This document shows, in pieces, positions 35,217 through 47,513 of a DNA stretch of 49,136 bases. A program made the translations under genes and the position numbers. Within the stretch, counting starts at the first letter, position 1. Each line of letters opens with the position of its first letter. This DNA comes from Chiloscyllium plagiosum (taxonomy: Eukaryota). The DNA lies in the NCBI RefSeq assembly GCF_004010195.1, contig NC_057752.1:6507956-6557091 (forward strand), written 5' to 3'. The notes below the pieces were generated by a model. It searched no databases, had not been told where the DNA came from, and saw only the letters and a program-made list of their open reading frames with translations.

Positions 35217-36752
35217 TAGAGTCATAGAGTCACAGAAATGTACAGCATGGAAACAGACTCTTTGTCCCAACTCTTACATGCCAACCAGATATCCTACATT
35301 AATCAAATCCCATTTGCCATCGCTTGGCCCATATCCGTTGAAACCCTTCCCATTCATATACCCATCCAGGTGTATCTTAAATGTTATCATTGTACCAACC
35401 TACACCACTTCCTCTGTGGACAGACAGGAGGCTGGAAGAACACAGTAAGCCAGGCAGCATCAGGTGGTGAAGAAGTCGACATTTCGGGTGTAACACCTCC
35501 ACCACTTCCTCTGGCAGCTCATTCCAGACACACATCACCCTCTGTGTGAAAACGTTTCCCCTCAGGTCCCTTTTAAATCTTTCCCCTCTGACCCTAAACC
35601 TTTGCCCTCTAGTTCCGGACTCCTCCATCCCAGGGAAAAGACTTTGTCTGTTTACCCTATCCATGCCCTTTATGATTTTATATACTGCCATAAGGTCACC
35701 CCTCAGCCTCTAAAGCTCCAGGCTCCAGGGAAAACAGCCCCAGCCTATTCAGCCGCTTCCTATACCTCAAATCCTCCAACCCTGGCAACATCCTTGTAAA
35801 TCTTTTCTGAACCCTTTCAAATTACACAACCCTTCCTATAGGAAGGAGACCAGAATTGCACCAATATTCCAAAAGTGGCCTAACCAATGTCCTGTGCAGC
35901 CGCAACATGACCTCCCAACTCCTGTACTCAATACTCTGACCAATAAAGGAAAGCATACCAAATGCCTTCTTCATTATCCTATCTACCTGCCACTCCACTT
36001 TCAAGGAGCTATGAACCTGCACTCCAAGGTCTCTTTGTTCAGCAACACTCCCCAGGACCTTACAATTAAGTGTATAAGTCCTGCTCTGATTTGCCTTTCC
36101 AAAATGCAGCACCTCGCATTTATCTAAATTAAACTCCATCTGCCACTCCTCGGCCCATTGTCCCATATGATCGATATCCCATTGTACTCTGAAGTAATCT
36201 TCTTCATTGTCCACTACACCTCCAATTTTGGTGTCATCTGCAAACTTACCAGCCATACCTCCTATGTTCACATCCAAATCATTTATATAAATGACAAAAA
36301 GTAGTGGACCCAGCACTGATCCTTGTGGCACACCATTGGTCACAGGCCTCCAGTTTGAAAGGCAACCCTCCACCACCACCCTCTAGCTTCTACCTTCGAG
36401 CCAGTTCTGTATCCAAATGGCTAGTTCTCTCTATTCCATGTGATCTAACCTTGCTAACCAGTCTACCTTGAGGAATCTTGTCAAACACCTTACTGAAGTC
36501 CATACAGATCATGTCCACTGCTCTGCCCTCATCAGTCCTCTTTGTTACTTCTTCAAAAAACTCAATCAAGTTTGTGAGACATGATTTCCCATGCACAAAG
36601 CCATGTCGACTATACCCTAATCAGTCCTTGCCTATTCAAATACATGTAAATCCGATCCCTCAGGATTGTCTCCAACAACTTGCCCACCACCGATGTCAGG
36701 CTCACTGGTCTATAAGTCCCTGGCTTTTCCTTACCACCTTTCTTAAATAGTG
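35217..36752 (-). mobile_element. CR1 LINE, 5' truncated
   Basis: ORFs 36390..36596 and 35822..36379 (GKSCLTNL, DFSK, GVPQGSVLGP, YINDLD, KFADD); (gactctat) tail. Confidence 0.92.
35417..35494 (-). mobile_element. 78-bp Penelope-like fragment nested in CR1 with 19-bp TSD
   Basis: ACCT(A/C)CACCACTTCCTCTG at 35398-416 and 35495-513; insert matches the 31105 subfamily. Confidence 0.8.
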
Positions 36753-37138
36753 TCATGAAGTGAATTGTCCAAACTACAAGGGACTAGTCAAAATTGTTGA
36801 AGGAGCAGTGCTTGTGATGTCCTTAGAAACGTTTATTGACTGGAGACATTTAACTGTAGCTATTGTACATATAAATATAGGGAGAGTGCAAAGAGAGCAG
36901 GAGTTTCAGATATCTTGGGGTTTTATTCAACCTTTATTTTTCCTCAGTGACTTGCTGGGGTTAGGTTTCATATATGCTGGTAAACCTCTGGTACCTAACC
37001 TCTTTCGAAGGCAATCATTGCTTTATCTGATCTTGGATGGAGTTTCAGGGAACTGTTTGACTGTGGAGGTTATGTTTTGGAGGTTGGGACAAGTGGAGAG
37101 CATGGAGAATGGGGTCATTGTTCAATAACCTGTGTGTT

Positions 37139-37337
37139 TTAGATTAGATTAGATTACATTACAGTGTGGAAACAGGCCCTTCAGCCCAACAAGTCCACAC
37201 CGACCCGCCGAAGCGCAACCCACCCATACCCCTACATTTACCCCTTACTTAACACTACGGGCAATTTAGCATGGCCAATTCACCTGACCTGCACATCTTT
37301 GGACTGTGGGAGGAAACCGGAGCACCCGGAGGAAACC
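37139..37337 (-). mobile_element. HE1-type V-SINE 3' half, cut by the gap
   Basis: V-core and tail with (TAATC)n end; CpGs retained, so probably young. Confidence 0.85.
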
Positions 37338-37376
37338 NNNNNNNNNNNNNNNNNNNNNNNNNNNNNNNNNNNNNNN
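37338..37376. other. Assembly gap (39 N)
   Basis: Direct read. Confidence 0.99.
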
Positions 37377-37470
37377 CCTGAAGAAGGGCCTGTGCCCGAA
37401 ACGTCGAATCTCCTGTTCCCTGGATGCTGCCTGACCTGCTGTGCTGTTCCAGCAATAAGGTTTCAACTGT
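37377..37470 (+). mobile_element. Penelope-like fragment with intact hammerhead core
   Basis: cCTGAAGA-A-GGGC-CTGT-GCCC-GAAAC-GTC-GAAT at 37377-37409. Confidence 0.8.
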
Positions 37471-38536
37471 TTTCCTCAACCTTGTTCAAGGGTAGAAAAC
37501 TAATTTCAGTGACCATTGTACAGCAAAGTGTTTCATATCCTAGTTCAACCATTTTTATGGCCTTGCCGACACTATGATTGTCCTGCCTCTGACAGTCAGA
37601 CTGGAGCCTAAATCATCTGAATTCAAATTCTGATCAGCTTGACCGATTTACTTTCAGAATAGTGTTACTTAACCAAGAGACTTCTCAAGCCTGGGTTACT
37701 CCAGTGGCATGTTGGTAGGACTTGCTGGTATACTTAGAACAGAATCTTCCCATTCACAGAATTTACCACATCTTTCCATTCTGCTTTTCAGGATCAAAGC
37801 CATTGAGCTGAGAATCCTCGACACAAGTGGGAATTGAAAAAGGTAAGAGACCAACATTCAACAGATCTTTGATACAAATAATGAGTGTTAATCACAACCA
37901 TTAAGCCCGAATATACACAACAATGTTGTGTTGGTGAAAGGACCTGAATTGTGAAATCAAGAAAAAGATCATCAACAATCATCATATTTTCTGAGACAAT
38001 GAACACTTGTGAATATGAACCAAAATTAATTAAGGCCAATAAACGTTAAATAGAAATTACTATTTCTTAGATTGTGAACAAATTGCATTTATATAATATA
38101 GCATCTTTAATATAGAAAACATCCCAAGCATTTCAGAACATCATCAATAAAACTTTGACATCAAGCCACATTAGGATATATTTGGACACATGATCTAAAT
38201 CTCGATCCAAGAGGTAGGTTTTAAGGGACATCTTAAAAGGAAGAGAGGGGCATCATGGATTTTTCAAAGCTTGGGTCCTGGGCAGCTGAATGTAAGACCA
38301 CCAATGGTGGACCAATTAAAGTCAGGAATGCTAAAAAACAACTGGAATAGTCAAGTACAGATATGCCAGAGGGTTGTAAGAGGTTCTAGAGATAGGAAAG
38401 AAGTGAATCTAAGGAGGTACTTGAAAGTAAGAATGAGGATTTTAAATGATAAATGCACACAGAACATGTTACAAGTCAACTATGCAAAATGCCTGTGTTA
38501 TTCTGCCGTTTACAGAGAATGGCTTTTTGTCCCTAC

Positions 38537-38688
38537 CCTCAGGAATGTGAGGTTGCGGTTAGCATCGATGTTTGTGATCTCCAAGTTGCCCATCACAATC
38601 TCACAGTTCGTGTACATCTTCTGGAGTTGCTGGTACTGCTGCTCGAGGCCAGATAGTGAACTCAATTTATTTTCTGTGCCAGCACACA
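38537..38688 (-). CDS. ERBB3: ErbB receptor exon 2 (152 nt), start of receptor L domain I; ERBB3 by whole-gene assignment, though this exon is ERBB4-like
   Basis: Acceptor ttttttcAG at 38689-90, donor GTaggg at 38535-36. Translates [51 protein letters not shown]. 152 nt, phase 1/0, as in ErbB exon 2. Confidence 0.9.
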
Positions 38689-39042
38689 CTGAAAAAACAC
38701 AAACAGAGACACTTTCAGTAAACAAGAGTTTACATTCACCAGTTAATTAAGTTTCTTGTTGTCTTTTTATTAAATCCTAGAGGCAGAGTACACCTATTGG
38801 GTAAAGCTTGTGTATTAAGAAAGCACAAGTATCAGTTCCTTCATCATCAATTTTGTTCCATTCATAGTTTTGCTCCCTTATTGAGGTGGTTTCTCATTTC
38901 AGTTCACAGTGCACAGTGTAAGACAAGTTATAGTGTACTAGATTTGCGTAAACAGAATATTTTTACAGATACTGAACGGTAACTTCTTATTGTCTGACCC
39001 AGTGCATCAGTAACAACAATTTAAAACTATTCAATGCTTTTA

Positions 39043-39162
39043 ACAGAGTAGATATTTTGGGTCCAGTGAAGTGACCTTTCAGTGGACCCAAAACATTAAC
39101 TCTGCTTTCTCTCCACAGATACTGCCAGAGCTGCTGAGTTTCTCCAGCAATTTCTGCTTTCA
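39043..39162. mobile_element. Degenerate fold-back copy of the older Penelope-like family
   Basis: cagagt...ttttgggtcca is inverted against tggacccaaaacattaactctg; continues ctgctgagtttctccagca as in 3625-3760. Confidence 0.6.
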
Positions 39163-40076
39163 TTAGAGCATATGACCTTGGTCAAAGAAGTACTTTCTCA
39201 AGGAGCATCTTAAAAGGAGGAAAACATGTGGTGGAGCGTTTTAGAAAGGGAATTTCAGAGCTGGGTGCCCAGGCAGCTAAAGACATTGCCACTAAAAATG
39301 AAGAGATGTACATCAGAGATGTGCAACAGGCCTAAATTGGAGGTTTCAGAGATCTCGGAGGGTTATGATGTAGAGGAGCAGAGTTAAGGGGGACTAAGAA
39401 CAGGGAAGGATTTGAAAACAAAGATGAGGATTTTTAAATCAAGGCAAAGGTTGATAGGTGAACAGGATTTTGTTGTGAATTAGAATATGGGCGGCAGAGG
39501 TTTGGTACCTGGAACAAGCAATCAACTGCTAATGAGACACTGGGCTTCATCACAAAAGATGCATACAGAATATAAAAAGCAAGCCAGTACTGCTGCACTT
39601 AAACAGAGTGCTCTTCAGACCTCATTGAGAATACTGTGTTCTGTTCTGGGTGTCCCACCTTAGAAAGAATGTGCAGGTCTTGGACAAAGTCCAGCGATGA
39701 CTCAGCATTTCATATTGGAACTGTAGGCAGCCCTTGAACTTGTATCGCCATTCAATCAACCGATCATGGCTGATCTGCAACCCAATTCCATCAGTTTGCT
39801 GTGACTCCATATCCCTTATTGCCTTTAGTTATCAAAACTTTATCAATCTCACAGTCTTAAAAATAATAGTTGATCCAATTTAGACAACCATTTGTAAAAG
39901 AGATTCCATACGTCTACCATACTGTATATGTAACAATAATTCCACACTGGACTTCTGATTTGCTTGGCTCTAATTTTTAGGGTATGGCACCTAGTCACAG
40001 ACTCCCAACCAGTAGAAATTGTTCCTATCTAGCCTCACACACCCCTCAATATCTTGAACATGTAAGTTAACCAATT

Positions 40077-40237
40077 TTTGGATTAGTGGTGCTGGAAGAG
40101 CACAGCAGTTCATGATGAAGGGCTTTTGCCTGAAACGTCGATTTTGCTGCTCCTCGGATGCTGCCTGAACTGCTGTGCTCTTCCAGCATCACTAATCCAA
40201 AATCTGGTTTCCAGCATCTGCAGTCATTGTTTTTACC
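40077..40237. mobile_element. Fold-back Penelope-like insertion with 14-bp TSD
   Basis: TAA(G/T)TTAACCAATT at 40063-76 and 40238-51; about 35-bp inverted arm; same subfamily as 7804-7931. Confidence 0.85.
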
Positions 40238-41559
40238 TAATTTAACCAATTGTTTATCTTCCAAATTCTTCACTATCTAACCTTAGTTTGGATGATCTCT
40301 CCAGGTAATCTAACCCCTGGAGTCTCTGTTCCATTCCCCCCCAAACTAATGCAACTTTTCAAAGATGTATTGTTCAGACAGTTTGCAAAAAAAAACACAA
40401 TGACAAATTGGATACATTTGGGTTCTATTCCTTGGAAATGAAGAGACTAAGGAATAACTGAGGTATTTACATTAATAAAGGGAACTAACAAGTATTGGTA
40501 GAGGAAATGATTGTTCCCTCAAATAAGGGAATCCAAAATAAAGGATAACAATCTTCAAATTTAAGCTGAACTGGTCAAAAGTGAATGCATAAGAAACCAA
40601 TTCACAGAAAGAGCTTGAGAATGTGGAATGCACTGGCCTTAAAAACCTTAAACATCAAGTCAATGGAGGTAATCCAAATTAAGATGTTTCCTTGGGATAG
40701 AAAGATACAAGTAATGGAGAAAGGACATGAAATTGTGATTAAAATAATGATGGCTAACAAAATGGCAGAACAGGTTCGATAGGGTGAATGGCATCCAGTT
40801 CAAATAAACTAACCTTAATTAGTAGTCATGACCATAAAAGATGAACAGGTACATTGATGGTTAATGCCATAATCTTTGAAACATGACATAGCACGAAAGC
40901 CTTCCAATCAAGTGTGGCATTGTGATTTCAAAACTTGGCTCATCATTCACCTGCTCAACTCAAATGTGAAACTATGAATGGTAAACACTGTTGGCTTGAT
41001 TTACTGGTAGAACTGATAAGGTAGATTTGCATGCAGTGATAACATTGTTCTGTGTAATCTGAAAGTGTAATCAAAACATGAAGGATAAATAGTGCCAGTT
41101 CCCAGATTTGGCCATTTTGCAGCTCCACCACACTAACAACTCTTGCATCAAATAATATAGAATGAAGTCCCTGGGAGATACTTTATTTTTTTCTCTTGGA
41201 GAAATTTAACAACTCCCCTCCTTTCCTCAAAGCTTCAATACCACATGAGACTGATGTGGCGGTTTATCACTGGAGCTTCAGCAATGACTGTCAATCTCCA
41301 ATGGGAGGCATCAGTACCAGCCCTAATTCCATCTTTGTCCAAAAGCTACACATGCCCAATATTCAACAGAGGCACTGTGCCATCAAACGTCAAATCTAGC
41401 CCAGAGTCTTATAGTCAACAGTGAGGCATGAACCAAATGCATTTGCCTCCACAGCCCTTATTGTCGATTTCTTCCTCCCATGTTGTGTGGAATGTGGACT
41501 GAACATACTTGCCCATGTTTCCAAAATGGCCACTCTTCATCAAAGTCAGCACAGACAAT

Positions 41560-41960
41560 GCATTAACATTGCATCTTTCATGATCTCAGGGCACCCCCAA
41601 ACACATGACAACCAATGAAGTGCTTTTTAAATGTAGGCACCATAACAGTTAATTGTACACAGTATGATCCCACAGCAACAATGTGAGAATGGCCAGACGT
41701 TTTAAGACATTGGTTGAAGGAAAAATTGACCAGGAGACTGAAGAGATCATCCCTGCCCTTCTGTGGGATAGAAGTTGTGGGTCTTTTACGTTGACCTGAA
41801 GGACAGGTGAGGCCTCAATTTAACATCGCATCCGAAAATCAGCATTTCCAGCAGTGTAAAACACCCTTAGTACTGCACAGGTGAGTCAACCTATGTTTAC
41901 ATCCTCAGGTCTCTGGTCTGTGAGGTGAACCCACAATCATCTAACTCAGAAAGAGTGCTA
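41560..41960 (-). mobile_element. Deu-core SINE
   Basis: Reverse complement of the 12185 and 31840 family (aatgaagtgctttt...tggttgaagga...ggcctcaatttaacatc). Confidence 0.6.
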
Positions 41961-44094
41961 CTAACCAAGACATTGCTGAGCCCAGATATTCAATCACAGA
42001 GAGGATCACTGCCAAAGCCGGGACTGAGCTCCTACATTCACTTTCCAACTGTGGTGTCAAGAGAAAACCCATCGGGTAGCAGAGCCGTCTTGACTATTCC
42101 CCTCACACCACTGCTGTCCTACCTGAGCTCAGCTCTGGGATGGGGTTGTGGGGAAGGGATAATGTTATTTGAGACATTCCGCCTTTGCCCACTGAGCTAT
42201 GAAGGCAGCAAGCTAGTTATTTTAAAATGGAAGTTGCATCACAAAAGCATTATTGGGGAGGTTGGGGGGAGGAGCAGGAAATAGCACAATTAAAAAGCTG
42301 TCAGATAAATACCCACTGAACCACAATGCAAATCTACTTTAAAAAAATCACAGACTAGCACAGACCTGCCTCTTGGCAGCATTCACTGCTGCGAAAAGAA
42401 AACCCATAAAACTTGATGTTCATCCCAAGTGTGCTTGTTCCTCGTAAGGGTGCGACCTACAATTTTTTTTTTCTTGTATGCCGACTGATTACGTCAGGTA
42501 CTAATATATTAGTAAAATTATGAGGAAGATATAAATCACTGCAGCATTTTTGAGTGTTTCATCCAAACAACATAATTGTCTGTCTGCTTCATGTATCTTG
42601 AGATTTGGGGAGAATTTTCTTAGGGAACATTGGCAGAAATAAGATGAGTCTGTGACACCTGGATTGGAAGGGACACACCCTAGAATCCTCCAGGAAATCA
42701 CAGAGGAAATAGGTGAGGCTTTGGTTAAAATTTTTCAGACCTTTATAAAGCCTGGAGCTGCTTCAGGTGACTGTAAACTAGCAGAAATTAAGTTAATCGT
42801 CAAAGTCATTTAAAACAACATTGGTGGGTTGAGCAGCTGTAATACAAGGAGAGGACTGTGTCGATTAATATGTTTTTATTGGGGAGAGGGATAATATTTG
42901 GGGGAGTAAAGATTGGCTCCAGTACTTTCACTAGCTTTTTGTAATAGAACACAGCAACCAATCTTTACTCAGGCTTACATTTATTTACAGAGTGGAACAT
43001 TACAAGTATACTCCTAATTCAACCAGACTAGAATTTTCAGTAAATGTTTCTTTATACACGTTTGAAGTCAAAATCAAAATAATTCCATCAATTGAAATTA
43101 ACCAAATCAAAACAAGTGTGACACTCCCTTAAAAGGGAAATATTTATTTATACATATACATTTTTTAAAATCAACCTTGTTGGACATGTTATTGCACATC
43201 TCCATGGTCATTGCATACTGAAGCAACTTCTAGCCCATAGATAGGGACACTACCACTACCACTGCCACTGCCACTGCCACAAAACCATGTTGGTTTATAA
43301 TTATTTTCAATCAACTTGTTTGGACATGTTACGATACACTTGAGGCAGGTGGAAGTTGAACCTGAACCATGTGGCGCACAGATAGAGACACTATCGGAGC
43401 TGTAATGTTTCTTTATATGCGCTTGGGTGAAACTCTAATTAATGTCCATCACCTGCATATAATTAAAGACAATTGATATACAATTAACTGTAGGAAGGAC
43501 ATGATCCAAACCTTCCAAAAAGTGCTGAGTGACACTAATAATACAGTTGTATGGGGTTTATTTGATTTGGACAGAGAGTCCAGAACTGCACGCATAAATC
43601 AAAATCAATTTTCATTATCATTTGGACTTGGATCAGTGATTGGTACGGCTCAAAGTTCAGATGACAAATAGACATAGAAGGGAAAAAAAAGCACAAACAA
43701 TGACAGTGTGCTCCTGATTTTGGTTCAGCATTTGTTTTTAAAAGTGTTTTGGTAGAATGTTATTGCTCCTCTGCCAGCAGGTGATGATTGTTCATAACAA
43801 ATTTCCCAACTGTTGAGTAGTGTGCGATTAGGGAAATATTGACAAATGTCCTGTGGGTTGACAATTGTGAAGATGGTCTGTACCACGGGATGTAAATATG
43901 TGGAGGGGGGTTAAATGGGGAGAAAGGTGTAGCTTGTGAGCATGTTCTGCAACCTTAGGATCTCTGTTTGGAAATCTAGCCTAAGTTTGAATCCCTGAGC
44001 CAGGTCAGGATTTAGACTCCAAGAGATTTTCATACTCTGTTGACCAAAGCATTAGATAGGGTCAATGAAACATACTTTTGTTCTACGTGCTCAA

Positions 44095-44345
44095 GGGGAG
44101 GCAGTGCAGAGTGGTAATACAGTGTATGAGTAAATCAGAACTCAAGGTTGATATTCCCTGGACACAGGTTTGAATCTCACCGTGGCAAACAGTGAAATGT
44201 GAATTCAATAAAGTCTGGAATAAAGAGCTAAAGGTCCTAACAGCGACTATGTCAATTGTTGTAAAAACCATTTGATTCACAAGTGTTCGTACAGGAAATA
44301 AATCTGTCATCCTTACCTGGGCTGGCCTACATATGATTCCAGCAA
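44095..44345 (+). mobile_element. tRNA-derived SINE (same family as 1235-1636)
   Basis: A-box-like agtggtaa, B-box-like ggtttgaatctc, body gaattcaataaagtctggaataaagagcta. Confidence 0.6.
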
Positions 44346-45529
44346 TGGGTGATAATCCTCATCTCCACTTTCCTGCCTTATTCCCATAACCCTTGATCCC
44401 CTTACTGATTAAAAACCTTTAACCCCTTGATTATTACATGTTTTTGGAATGCTGTCAGTGTCCTCTATCATGAAGATTGATGCAAAGTTCTTGCTTAACC
44501 TCTCTGCTATTTCTTTCTCCCAGCCTTGTTCGCTAAGTGGCCTATGTTCCCTTTGGTCTCTCTGTTCCTTTATACATATTTAAAGAAGCTTTGTCTTTAT
44601 ATGAGTTGCTAGTTTACCCTCAAAGTTTCAATGCTTCCTCTTTATTATTTTTGGTCATCTTTTGTTGGCTTTAAAACTTTCCCAGTCCTCTGGTATACCA
44701 CTAATCTTTGCTGTCTAATATATTTTTTTCTTTTAATTTGATGCTATCTTTAACTTCCCTGGATAGCAGTGGTCAGTTTATCCTCTTCCCAGAATTCCTC
44801 TACCTCAGTGAGTTATATCTTGGCTATGAGTCATGCATTATTTTCTTGAATATCTTAAATATTTCTTAAATACCCTTATTTGAGTTTAGCACAGTTGATT
44901 CCAACCCAAGTTTCTCCTCTCCAACCAAATGCTAAATTATTGTCACTGTTCCCTCGATGATCCTTTACACTCATAATTTATTAAACTTACCTCATTACAT
45001 ATTACTACATCCAAAATAGCCTTATCCCTCATTGGATCCACAACATATTTTTCCAGGAAACTCCCAAATACACTATGAATTCTTCCTCTTGGCGACTTCT
45101 ACAATGCTTACAGCAAACAGTATCACAAAACGACCAGGGTTTTCACCAGGTTTTAATCACAAACATGCTTTTTCCCCAAAATGCTCTCTCTTCTTCCTTC
45201 ATGTGCACAGCCTGAGAAAATTCACAGGCAATTACAGTTCAGTTTGCAGTGCATCTCTCCCTTTGAAGTTCTTGCTTTAAAATTTATTTGATACCCATCA
45301 AGTATGATTTTCCATTATCTCCCTCTACGCAGGGGATAATCCACACAGGTCTTTCAGTCACAAATTGTATTGCTCAGAATTTACAACTTTTTAAAAAATT
45401 TGACTGCATGTCCACTTTTAAAAAATTAATTAAAACATGTATCTTTTAATAGTTCAATATACTGCGAGCTGATTCATGTTTATGATCCATAATCACAAAA
45501 AAGAGAAAGGTAACAATCATGTTTTGCTC

Positions 45530-46085
45530 ATTTTGAGGTTGTACAGGATATTGGTGAGGCCTTTTCTGGAGTACTGTGCACAATTCTGGTTGCCCTGCTA
45601 TAGGAAGGCGATCACTAAATTGAAGGTGGTTCAGAAAAGATTAACTAGGATGTTGCCAGGAATGGAAGATTTGGGCTATAAAAAGACTGGATAGGCTGGG
45701 ACCTTTTTCACTGGAGCATAGGAGGTTGAGGGGTGACCTCATAGAGGTTTATAAAATTATGAGGGGCATAGATAAGGTGAATAGCAAGGATATTTTCCCC
45801 ATGGTGGGTGTGTTCAAAACTAGGGGTCATAATTTTAGAGAAAGTTTTAAAAAGGACATGAGGGGCAACCTTTTAACATAGAGAGTGGTTTATGTGTGGA
45901 ATGAACTGTCAGAGGAAGTGATAGATGCAGGTACAGTTACAACATTTAAAAGACATTTGGACAGGTACCTGAATAGGAAAAGTTTGGAGGGATATGGGCC
46001 AAATGCAGGCAGGTTTAGGAACATGGTCAGCGTGGGCTTGTTGGACCGAAGGATCTGTTTCTATGCTGTTCGACTCTGTGTTCTA
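45530..46085 (+). mobile_element. CR1 LINE 3' portion
   Basis: LYRILVRPFLEYCAQFW; VWNELSEEVIDAGTVTTFKRHLD. Confidence 0.88.
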
Positions 46086-47513
46086 TGTTTTACATTTGCT
46101 AATTTGATGTTCCCAATCAACACAAAGGTTGTACTGCTTTTTTTTTAATGTGCCCTCATTATCTCCTGATTTATCCTCTGTCCTACAGAACAGTTACAGT
46201 TAGGAGCCAATAGACTTCTCTCACCAGTATCTTCTTCCCCTTGATCTTTCCTACATCATCCCATCATAGATTATTTCTTGCTATCATATTCATTCCATCT
46301 CGTACTAACAAAGCTAACCCACCCCCCTTTCCTTTTTACCTGTCATTTTGAAAAGCCACATATCCCTGAATGTTTAGTTTCTAGCTTTGATCTCCTTGTA
46401 ACCATGTCTCTGTGATGGCTACAACATCATACCCATTAACCTCTATTTGTGCCACTAATACTTTTAATTTATTCTGAATACTATGCACATTTAATTAAAG
46501 AGCCATTAATTTTACCTGTTTACTCTTTTCTCCCCCTTTTACCCTATTTGCTGCTGCTTTTTAATGTTTGCACACACTGGCCTTTCCTGTCCCACTCTGC
46601 CTATTATTATTAAAATAGTTGCCCTCCAGTGTGACAATATCCTCTTACTTTGTAAGTCTACGTATTCTCCTAAAGCCTCCTCCCTCTAATTCATTTAAAG
46701 CCCTCCTATAGCTGTAATTATTTGATTCACCAGGATATTGGTCTCAGCATGGTTCAAGTCAAGCCCATCTGACTGAAACAGCTCCTTTCTACCCCAGTAC
46801 TGGTGCCTGTACCCCACGAAGTGAAACCCATTCCTGCCACATCACTCTTTATGGCATGCACTTAACTCCTTCACCTTGTTTACTCTGTGCCAGTTCGCTT
46901 GTGGCTCTGGTAGTAGTCCTGAGATTATTATTTTGGAGGTTCTGCTCTTCAGTTTAACTCCTAACTGATTATGGCTAATCATCTAACCCGTTCCTGCTTT
47001 TTCCCCACACCTTTTGATCTCTTTGGCCCTAAGAACTGTATTGAACTCCTTCTTGAAAATGTTAAATATTTTGGCCTCAACTACTTTCCCTGGCAGAGAA
47101 TTCCACAGACCACCACTTTCTGGGTGAAGAAATTTCTCCTCAAAGAGTCCCCACTGTGTGACAACAGCTTTATTCTGCCCTGGTCTATCTGGACTCCTGG
47201 AGATTGTGACATAGTTTTCTTATCCAGCAGCAGAATAATTCACAACTTTGCCAAAAAGATTAGAGATAAATTTAGCAATGTGAATGTTAGCAGCCAGCTC
47301 ACAGTGCAGTGGTCTCCCAGAATCCAAGCTAAACAATCACTGGTGTGCAAATGGCTGACAAGAATTTAACCGTAACTACTGTACCTCCCTTCAAATAGTT
47401 AAGAAAGAGAAAGTCTATGGCAATGCAAATTGTACATGTGCCACTAAATGGACACTTTGACAAATATATCATCTCCACCTTTTGATGCCCCTGTCCTGAG
47501 CAAAATCTTTACT

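Noticed and set aside
378..38688. Calling the gene ERBB4 from exons 2-4
   Set aside because: Seven downstream exons, two diagnostic indels (121-nt exon 9, LYNRG) and compact introns favour ERBB3. The conflict is kept as a finding.
38271..38750. Antisense 159-aa ORF over exon 2
   Set aside because: Non-ATG start; made of a LINE relic plus the antisense of the exon.
44345..47140. Additional old CR1-like relics on the minus strand
   Set aside because: Probably real but too degenerate to bound by eye; same for patches near 6850, 9550, 10800, 23700, 30240, 38100, 39200-40000 and 40450.
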